Origin: an uncultured Cytophagales bacterium
GTDB taxonomy: Bacteria > Bacteroidota > Bacteroidia > Cytophagales > Thermoflexibacteraceae
NCBI GenBank assembly: GCA_964577275.1
Contig: CAZNYR010000073.1
Coordinates: 599 to 19,860, forward strand
Reading direction: 5' to 3'
DNA length: 19,262 nt
Part shown: positions 7,902-14,324 of the stretch, piece by piece
How the letters are laid out: each line of letters begins with the position of its first letter
How positions within the stretch are numbered: position 1 is the stretch's first letter
Position numbers and translations under genes: made by a program
Notes under the pieces: model-generated
The model's input: only the letters and a program-made list of their open reading frames with translations
Database searches by the model: none
Told to the model about the DNA's origin: nothing

Positions 7902-8747
7902 ATGAAAATCATTGAATGTCCGCGCGATGCGATGCAGGGCTTGAAGGATTTTATCCCGACAGAAACGAAAATTCGGTACATCAATCAACTGCTTCGAGTG
8001 GGATTTGATACCCTTGATTTCGGCAGTTTTGTGTCGTCCAAAGTCATTCCGCAAATGCGAGATACAGTGGAGGTATTAAAGCAACTGGATTTGAGCCAAA
8101 CGCAGTCCAAGCTGTTGGCGATTGTCCCAAACCGACATGGCGCAAGTCAGGCAGCCGAATTTGTCGAAATTGATTATTTGGGGTATCCGCTTTCGGTTTC
8201 CGAAACTTTCCAGCTCCGCAATACGCACAAAAATTTACGTCAATCCCTTGAGGCTGTGGAAGATATGCAAGAAATTTGCCTCCGAACTGACAAACATTTA
8301 TTGGTATATCTGTCGATGGGATTTGGCAATCCGTATGGCGACCCATACAGCCCCGAAATCTTGGAGGAATTTACCGAAAAATTAGACCAAATCGGGATAA
8401 AAACCATTCAGATTGCCGATACGATTGGCGTTTCCGAACCGCAATTAATTCGGGAGGTATTTCAAAATTTATTGACCAAATTTCCGCATATCGAATTTGG
8501 AGCGCATTTTCATTCGGCGTATTATTCGGCAAATGAAAAAGTGAAAGCCGCCTTAGATGTGGGTTGTCGGCGGTTTGATAGTGCCATCGGCGGATATGGC
8601 GGATGCCCGATGGCAAAAGATGAACTCACGGGAAACATTACTACCGAGCAGATGACGCAATTATTTTTGAGCGAAAATCTGGCATTGGGATTGGATTTTG
8701 AGGCTTTTTCGGAGTGCATCCAAATGAGTCGGCAAATTTTCCCCTAA
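7902..8747 (+). CDS. HMGL-like pyruvate-carboxyltransferase family protein, hydroxymethylglutaryl-CoA lyase-like
   Basis: From the ATG at 7902 the protein starts 'MKIIECPRDAMQGLKDFIPTETKIRYINQLLRVGFDTLDFGSF', which matches the HMG-CoA lyase N-terminus (V-E-V-G-P-R-D-G-L-Q pattern). '...AHFHSAYYSANEKVKAALDVGCRRFDSAIGGYGGCP' matches the metal-binding His-x-His and the C-terminal GGCP region of the TIM barrel. The track ORF starts at a GTG at 7809 with a hydrophobic, non-homologous extension, which I reject. Confidence 0.75.
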   Translation: MKIIECPRDAMQGLKDFIPTETKIRYINQLLRVGFDTLDFGSFVSSKVIPQMRDTVEVLKQLDLSQTQSKLLAIVPNRHGASQAAEFVEIDYLGYPLSVSETFQLRNTHKNLRQSLEAVEDMQEICLRTDKHLLVYLSMGFGNPYGDPYSPEILEEFTEKLDQIGIKTIQIADTIGVSEPQLIREVFQNLLTKFPHIEFGAHFHSAYYSANEKVKAALDVGCRRFDSAIGGYGGCPMAKDELTGNITTEQMTQLFLSENLALGLDFEAFSECIQMSRQIFP

Positions 8748-8792
8748 AATTTAAATAGTTGTCCCCAAGCAATTCGGTATTTGATGGAACTA

Positions 8793-8820
8793 TCGGCAAG
8801 GTCTGTGCGAGCCTTGCCGA
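8793..8820. terminator. GC-rich hairpin between the convergent HMGL-like gene and the GNAT-like gene; possible bidirectional terminator without a clear U-tract
   Basis: 'tcggcaagg' at 8793-8801 and 'ccttgccga' at 8812-8820 form a 9-bp stem around the 10-nt loop 'tctgtgcgag'. Confidence 0.35.
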
Positions 8821-8840
8821 AGTTCTGAAAATGATTGATT

Positions 8841-9719
8841 TTAGGTTAAATCCTCTAATTGTCCGGGTATTGTTTCGGGGAAGTTCATGCGTTGCCGTGT
8901 GAATGCCAGAAAGTACGAATTTTCATCAGTTTCGTTGATTTTTCGTGGAGGAATAATCCCCATGATTCGGAATGGCGTATTGAGGTACATCTCTTCAATT
9001 AATTCGTTTTTGCCCGTGGGGATGAGCATAAAATCCGCTCCGTTTTGGTGCGATTTGATGTATTGTATCGTTTTGCTCATGTCCAATTTATTATTGAAGA
9101 TTCCGCCCGTTGTTAGGGGGAACGAAATAATAAATCGAGGTTCGTTTTGTCCGAACAGATGAGGATAATATGATTCGCACAAAAAACCAGTTTTGTTGGT
9201 GAGCATATTGATAGAGCGCAAGTTATCAGGCTTGACAATGCCGCGCCGAATGTATCCGTTTCGTTCCATGCCCAAGAGCGAAGTATAAATCGAAATGGCA
9301 GTTCCCATGCCCGTTTTGCCTAATTTTGGCGAAACCGTAATGATAATGCCAAACGAAGTTCGGTCTTCGCTATCATAGCCCGCCGAAATATCTGCGCCCA
9401 ACATTTCGCCCGTTTGGTCATGGACAATGACCGCCGTATAGCCATGAACGACCGCCCGATAGGTGTCATATTCACTGACCAACGCCGCCACTTCGGGCTT
9501 AAACTGGGTACGCATCATGTCCATAATGCTGGGCATATCGGCACGGGTAGCAAGGCGCATGGTGCAACCGATGGCTTGGGCTTGGGCTTCGAGTTGGGTT
9601 TTATAGTCAGCAACTAATTTTTTGACCTGATGGGGTTGCGTAACTCCCTCAACATCAGGATTATACTGACAAACCTCGATGGGTTTACGGAAAGGGTCTT
9701 TTAGTTCAATTGGTGTCAT
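8841..9719 (-). CDS. Hypothetical protein with a GNAT-like acetyl-CoA-binding motif; N-terminal half unrecognised
   Basis: The frame is open from 8841. The track start at 9752 is a GTG, so I prefer the ATG at 9719 (MTPIELKDPF...). 'ITVSPKLGKTGMGTAISIYTSLLGMERNGY' resembles GNAT motif A (R/K-x-x-G-x-G/A followed by a hydrophobic helix). Confidence 0.5.
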   Translation of the reverse strand: MTPIELKDPFRKPIEVCQYNPDVEGVTQPHQVKKLVADYKTQLEAQAQAIGCTMRLATRADMPSIMDMMRTQFKPEVAALVSEYDTYRAVVHGYTAVIVHDQTGEMLGADISAGYDSEDRTSFGIIITVSPKLGKTGMGTAISIYTSLLGMERNGYIRRGIVKPDNLRSINMLTNKTGFLCESYYPHLFGQNEPRFIISFPLTTGGIFNNKLDMSKTIQYIKSHQNGADFMLIPTGKNELIEEMYLNTPFRIMGIIPPRKINETDENSYFLAFTRQRMNFPETIPGQLEDLT

Positions 9720-9910
9720 TTGTACTTTAAATTTTATGAGGCATTGAGCCACTGATGCGCTTGCATTTTATCATCAAAAAAACGAATACTTAATAAGATT
9801 TTGTTCTTCGGTAGTTTGTGCTATGGAAAACCTGCGCAAAGATGTCCGAAGTTATCAAAAAGGTAAATACTTTTTGACTAATTCCAGATATAATTTTAGT
9901 TCAGTCCTTC

Positions 9911-9925
9911 AAACTTGCCAAGTTT
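9911..9925. promoter_or_regulatory. 15-bp palindrome AAACTTG-C-CAAGTTT just downstream of the TonB-receptor stop and upstream of the GNAT-like gene. It shares its half-site with the palindromes at 16508-16548.
   Basis: The reverse complement of 'aaacttg' is 'caagttt'. The same CTTGCCAA/AACTTG half-site is used at 16508-16524 and 16521-16548. Confidence 0.3.
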
Positions 9926-9938
9926 TGGTGCGAAACCC

Positions 9939-12569
9939 CTATAAATCACAGAGAATTTTGAGATAGAAACTACGGCGATACTGTGGGATGCGTGGCGCAT
10001 ACGGCGTTCGTGAGGCATTTCTTACGCCCGGATGCCAGTATTCTCGGTCAGTCAGATTTTCGATAATTCCCTGCAAAGCCAATCCTTTGGTCAAGTCATA
10101 GGTCAGGGCGGTATGAAAAATGGCGTAGGCTTTAATTTCAGATAATGGACTTGCCGAAACGGACGTATTTTTGCCTGTGGGTTTGGTTGCCACGTAATTC
10201 ATGCGGAGATTGGCATGAAGCCGATTTCTCAAAAATGTATGATTTACGCCCAAATTAATTTGGTGCGGTGCAATATCGCCTACTTTTACCCAAGACACAT
10301 TTTCTTGGTCTTGCATCAATTTTGCTTCGGCATATGTGAACGTGTAATTGGCATACCATTCCGTGTTTTTGTGGGTATATTTACTATTCAGTTGAATGCC
10401 TTTTGATTTAGCTTCTTCTTTCCCGACAAATCGGGTGGTTGTCGTGCCGTCTGCAAGCGTATAAACCTCATCGCTAAGGACATTTTTGTAGGCAGCATTA
10501 TACCCGATAATTTCAAAATAATAGTTGGCGTTGGCGCGCCATCGGAAGGTCAGTTCGTAATTGCGGACACGTTCGGGTTTCAGGGTAGGATTATTAATGC
10601 GCCGAATCGCCGAGCGAGAATATTTATTGAAGGCAGAAGCATCCTTGAAGGCTTCGGCATAAATGGCTTTGATAACAAACTTTTTGGGTGCATAAACGAG
10701 TGCCAAGCGTGGACTTAGTTCGGAGCCGTAGCCTAAACTTAAATTCTTGACCGTATTATTATCCCAGCGCAAACCGCCCGTAAGTTTCACAAAATCAGAT
10801 AGTTGCCAGTCCATTTGGCAGTATGCCCCCAAATCGGTAACGTCATAAAAGTTTCCGCCTCTAATCGTGTCGTTTTGGGTCGTATAATTAATGAAACCAT
10901 TTCGGGTGGGTTCTGGCACATCCGAAAGTAAATAACCACCCTGAATGACGCTACTCCGAAACTCAAAACCTCCAACGATGTCGAAATTTTCCAGATTATA
11001 AGCAAATTTGATTTCGTTTCGGAATTGTGTCGAACGCTGACTGAAATAGGTATCCAGCCAATAAGATGGCACATCTTTGACCAAACTATCCAGCCCCAAA
11101 TCACCATTGCCATAACTTCGATAAAAAGCAATGCGGGTATCAGGAAAAAATCCATTGACCCGAAATGTACTTTGGTTGGCGATATAAAGTCGTCCCGTTA
11201 CATATTTTTCAAATTTGGCATACGCCAACCACTGCCGTACTGTCCACATCGTGCCGTTCAACGACCCCGAATAAATGTTTCCGTCCGAATAAGCGGAGGC
11301 AGCACCTTCGGCACGATTCCAGTAATGAAATCCAATTTGAAAATTTCCAGATTTCAATTTGCCAGATAAATACATATTATCTGTCGGATTGCTATAACGA
11401 AGCGGATTGCCTCTGGAGTCGGTTTGATACCCTAAGGCATCGGTGGCTTGCGCCTGCTGAATTGCCAAATCCGTAGGACGAATTACCGTAGAATCGCCCT
11501 GCGGAACAATTTGATAAAGACTTGATATTGAGGGGTTTTTGTCCATAAATTGTTGCACATGACTGGCATTGGTGATGCTCAAGTTATTGTAATAATGATT
11601 GGCAAATAAATCGGGATTCCATTGGTAATCCCAATCCTCAAATTGGGATAAATCACGCTCCTCCGAAAGGAAAAATCGCCCTGTCATGGTTACGGTCAAT
11701 TTTTGTCGTTCAAAACCGCCCGTCAGGTCTACATATCGCGTATTCATCGAGCCGTATGCAGCCTGCGCCGAAAGTCCATATTTTTTTTGTCCTTTGAATA
11801 AATCTACTTCATTTTTAGTAACCACATTTACCACGCCCAAAAACGCATTCGCCCCGTAAGTCGTTGAGGAGGGTCCATAAATAATCTCGACACGCTTAAT
11901 GTTGCTTATCGGATATTGTCTGGAAATAAATGCGGTATTTGACCACAGTTCGTTATCTTCCATGCCATCCATCAGGAGCATGGTGCGGTCGGTATTGGCA
12001 GCCGAACGAAACCCTCTTTGATAAAGATTGGAATATGCCAAGCCCATCGAACGCGAAATATCAAAACCCGAAATATCATGGAACAAGGCTTCCAAATCAC
12101 GATAGCCTCGATTTCGGATGTCCTCCTCGCTGATAATGACGATGGTGGCAGGAACTTCCTCGATATTTTCGGCTTTTTTTGAAACCGAAGAAGTCTGCTT
12201 GGAAGCCAAAATCCGCCGCACATTTTCGGTTACTTTGATGAAAATGGGCGAGTCATCATAGGAAGGCTCAAAATCAGGTTGTGTAACCAAAAGTTGTTGG
12301 ATGTGTCGTTCGGCTTGCGTCATGGAATCCAAGCCAATGTAAGATTGCGCCACTAATTTTTGTGCCTCCACCCGTGCGGGATACGTCAGATATTTGGCAC
12401 TATGGTTGAGATATTTACCCAAATACTCAATCACAGACTCGAATCGTCCGCTGGCAAAGTCAATTTTGGCACGAGAAATAATTACTTCCGAACTCTCTTT
12501 TTGTCCATAAACCGCAAACACAAATGCCAGACAAAACGCAATCGAGGTTAAAAATCGTTTTAATAACAT
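9939..12569 (-). CDS. TonB-dependent outer-membrane receptor with signal peptide, a ~120-aa helical N-terminal extension, plug and beta-barrel
   Basis: The ATG at 12569 gives MLLKRFLTSIAFCLAFVFAVYGQ, a signal peptide. The track start 26 codons upstream has no signal peptide, so I reject it. Plug-domain motifs are 'ATIVIISEEDIRNRGYRDLEALFHDISGF', 'TMLLMDGMEDNELWS' and 'VEIIYGPSSTTYGANAFLGVVNVVTK'. The long C-terminal part alternates aromatic and small residues and is Gly-rich, which is typical of a 22-strand barrel. Confidence 0.85.
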   Translation of the reverse strand: MLLKRFLTSIAFCLAFVFAVYGQKESSEVIISRAKIDFASGRFESVIEYLGKYLNHSAKYLTYPARVEAQKLVAQSYIGLDSMTQAERHIQQLLVTQPDFEPSYDDSPIFIKVTENVRRILASKQTSSVSKKAENIEEVPATIVIISEEDIRNRGYRDLEALFHDISGFDISRSMGLAYSNLYQRGFRSAANTDRTMLLMDGMEDNELWSNTAFISRQYPISNIKRVEIIYGPSSTTYGANAFLGVVNVVTKNEVDLFKGQKKYGLSAQAAYGSMNTRYVDLTGGFERQKLTVTMTGRFFLSEERDLSQFEDWDYQWNPDLFANHYYNNLSITNASHVQQFMDKNPSISSLYQIVPQGDSTVIRPTDLAIQQAQATDALGYQTDSRGNPLRYSNPTDNMYLSGKLKSGNFQIGFHYWNRAEGAASAYSDGNIYSGSLNGTMWTVRQWLAYAKFEKYVTGRLYIANQSTFRVNGFFPDTRIAFYRSYGNGDLGLDSLVKDVPSYWLDTYFSQRSTQFRNEIKFAYNLENFDIVGGFEFRSSVIQGGYLLSDVPEPTRNGFINYTTQNDTIRGGNFYDVTDLGAYCQMDWQLSDFVKLTGGLRWDNNTVKNLSLGYGSELSPRLALVYAPKKFVIKAIYAEAFKDASAFNKYSRSAIRRINNPTLKPERVRNYELTFRWRANANYYFEIIGYNAAYKNVLSDEVYTLADGTTTTRFVGKEEAKSKGIQLNSKYTHKNTEWYANYTFTYAEAKLMQDQENVSWVKVGDIAPHQINLGVNHTFLRNRLHANLRMNYVATKPTGKNTSVSASPLSEIKAYAIFHTALTYDLTKGLALQGIIENLTDREYWHPGVRNASRTPYAPRIPQYRRSFYLKILCDL

Positions 12570-12730
12570 GGGCTTGGTTTTGAATTTTTGGGCGTAAGCT
12601 ACATAATTTTTGGGGAAACTAAAAAAATATACACGCACAATACACAAAAAAGCAACCTCTATGCCCTAAATTTGGTCTGATAAATAGAAGTTTTGCGCCC
12701 CAAAAACATGATTTATCCACAAAAAATTTA

Positions 12731-12738
12731 TAAATTTG
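12731..12738 (+). promoter_or_regulatory. Candidate -7 box TAAATTTG (TAnnTTTG) about 40 nt upstream of the 12779 ATG; an identical TAAATTTG lies at 12667-12674
   Basis: The match to TAnnTTTG is exact and occurs twice, 64 bp apart. There is no well-spaced -33 TTG; the nearest TTG at 12693-12695 gives a 35-nt spacer. Confidence 0.25.
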
Positions 12739-12778
12739 GGAATCGGTCGTCCAATTAATTCGACCCTAAAAGAAGCAC

Positions 12779-13615
12779 ATGAAGAAACTCAAAATTCATA
12801 AACTTAACGCCACAGAAAAACTTGTCCTGAAGTATTTGTTGGTCATGCCTCGCCGATGGTACATTACCCCTAACTTGGTACAATTTTTTCGGTGTGGCAT
12901 CCAAACCGAACACATAATGGAAATTTATGCCGATTATTTGCCCGGTGCTACTCTCCGACAAAAATTAAAGCGTGGTATCCAACTCATTTTTGGCATGATG
13001 CCCCATATCGTCATGTATGAACGGCTTAGCCGACAAGGTTATTTGGAATGGGTGCTAAAAAATATGGTCGAAAAAGGATGGCTCGAATACGAAGACAAAA
13101 TGTATCGCCTCACGACCGAAGGAAGCCTCAAAGGACGCAAAAAAATCAAAATTAAGCCCCATGATGTCGTGGTTTTGGTGCATTATTTCCGAAATTTAAT
13201 TTATGCTGATAATTCGATTGATGGCTATAATGGCGTTTTTGGATTGCCCTATGCCGAAAGTTTGTTGGAAAATATTCAAGGAAAGCATCTGTTGCTTGCC
13301 AGTCTGGCGAATGTGGTCGGCAAAACTTACATGGCACTCGAAAATTTTGATAAAGCCGTTCATTATCAGATGATAGAAGTCGAACACTACGAAGAATTAT
13401 TGACCGAAGATGACATGAACCTCGCTTATTCCTATGGTATGGCGGCGATTTATTGTTATTATAACGAAGAGTTTGCCGATGCCAAAGATTTAATCGAAAA
13501 AAGTGCCGATATTTTTCAGAAAAATGTAGATGAAGAAGACGAAAACTACAAAAATCTCCTCCACTGGCGAGATGATATTTACGAGGCTTACGAAGCCCAA
13601 AAATTTAATTATTGA
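12779..13615 (+). CDS. Hypothetical cytoplasmic protein, 278 aa, no recognised family
   Basis: It starts with ATG, runs 837 bp without a stop, shows ordinary non-repetitive composition and no signal peptide. Small antisense track ORFs fall inside it, and a hairpin follows its stop. Confidence 0.6.
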   Translation: MKKLKIHKLNATEKLVLKYLLVMPRRWYITPNLVQFFRCGIQTEHIMEIYADYLPGATLRQKLKRGIQLIFGMMPHIVMYERLSRQGYLEWVLKNMVEKGWLEYEDKMYRLTTEGSLKGRKKIKIKPHDVVVLVHYFRNLIYADNSIDGYNGVFGLPYAESLLENIQGKHLLLASLANVVGKTYMALENFDKAVHYQMIEVEHYEELLTEDDMNLAYSYGMAAIYCYYNEEFADAKDLIEKSADIFQKNVDEEDENYKNLLHWRDDIYEAYEAQKFNY

Positions 13616-13668
13616 GCTACTTTTCCGATGCCCAAAAAATAATGTTTCCATGCCCAAAAAAGTAGCTC
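13614..13668. terminator. 11-bp inverted repeat gagctactttt / aaaagtagctc around a 33-nt loop carrying a direct repeat; possible bidirectional terminator between convergent genes
   Basis: Positions 13614-13624 pair with 13658-13668. The loop contains 'atgcccaaaaaa' twice, at 13628-13639 and 13650-13661. A/T-rich runs flank the stem on both sides. Confidence 0.3.
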
Positions 13669-13723
13669 AAATCTTGATTTTCCTGCCATAAATCATTGAT
13701 TCACAAGTGTTTAAGAATTGAAA

Positions 13724-13939
13724 TTATAACGGACGTTTGGAAATAACATCCACATACTTGCACACATCTTTGCCATCGCACAGCATATCTAACGGAATGC
13801 TTGATTTTTGTCCGTTTTTGAGCGGAATGCAACACAAAACCTGACCCCGAACGATGACCCGCAAAACCAAATCTCGCTGGTAACGAATCGTTTGACCTGC
13901 TCGGATTTCGACACCCGAATTATCTTTGTATGTTTTCAT
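13724..13939 (-). CDS. Small hypothetical protein (~71 aa from the ATG at 13939; the track ORF starts at a TTG at 13945)
   Basis: The frame is open from 13724 to 13945 with ordinary composition (MKTYKDNSGVEIRAGQTIRYQRDLVLRVIVRGQVLCCIPLKNGQKSSIPLDMLCDGKDVCKYVDVISKRPL). It is co-oriented with and downstream of the MVP/ORF711 pair. I see no homology by eye. Confidence 0.4.
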   Translation of the reverse strand: MKTYKDNSGVEIRAGQTIRYQRDLVLRVIVRGQVLCCIPLKNGQKSSIPLDMLCDGKDVCKYVDVISKRPL

Positions 13940-14235
13940 GACCAAAAAAATTTAAAATTCAAAAAATGAAAGAGGTATCAATCAAAAGAGGTTCGATTAT
14001 GTGTTGTTTTAAATTTAGGTTTGACTTTCGGAGTACATTTTTTGAAAAAAATCGAAATTATTTTGATATTACGATTTTATATACGTACTTTGAAAGTTTT
14101 TTTAATTCATGTTTTTTAGACGTATTTCAAAATCTAAAAGTTCTCCGTGAGAATTGATTTTATGATTTTTTTGACCTCAACAACCCAAAAATGATTTTCC
14201 TTCAAACAGAAAATTATCAAAAATAAACCATATAA

Positions 14236-14254
14236 TTATTTGATAATCAAATAA
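14236..14254. promoter_or_regulatory. 19-bp AT-rich palindrome TTATTTGAT-A-ATCAAATAA in the 380-bp non-coding region between ORF711 and the small ORF
   Basis: It is a perfect 9+1+9 palindrome. The core TTGATaATCAA recurs as TTGATtATCAA at 4403-4413 in the other long AT-rich spacer. Confidence 0.3.
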
Positions 14255-14324
14255 ATACTTCCAAAAATAAAGTACATTTATTTTGTTTGCCACGAATTAT
14301 ATTTTTAACAATTTTTGGGATAAG

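Noticed and set aside
7836-8719. Track ORFs 7836-8054(-), 8044-8346(-), 8122-8385(+), 8371-8616(-), 8522-8719(-)
   Set aside because: They are antisense or out-of-frame overlaps of the HMGL-like gene.
8887-9617. Plus-strand ORFs 8887-9162 and 9414-9617 inside the GNAT-like gene; also the GTG start at 9752
   Set aside because: The plus-strand ORFs are antisense artefacts. I prefer the ATG at 9719 (MTPIELK...) to the GTG start.
10215-12647. ORFs nested in the TonB receptor gene (10215-10406, 10787-11155, 11025-11369, 11165-11476, 11930-12133, 11972-12223, 12360-12551) and the receptor start at 12647
   Set aside because: These are alternative-frame or antisense ORFs inside a gene with clear plug and barrel motifs. 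The 12647 start precedes the signal peptide by 26 non-signal residues, so I use the ATG at 12569.
12755-13387. Minus-strand ORFs 12755-12961, 13152-13337, 13196-13387
   Set aside because: They overlap the 12779-13615 plus-strand gene and have no support.
13966-14157. A 63-aa plus-strand ORF and a 'GGTTCGATT' T-loop-like string near 13990 in the AT-rich gap
   Set aside because: The ORF is a low-complexity Phe/Lys/Asn-rich translation of AT-rich DNA. No acceptor or anticodon stems are compatible with a tRNA cloverleaf around the T-loop-like string.
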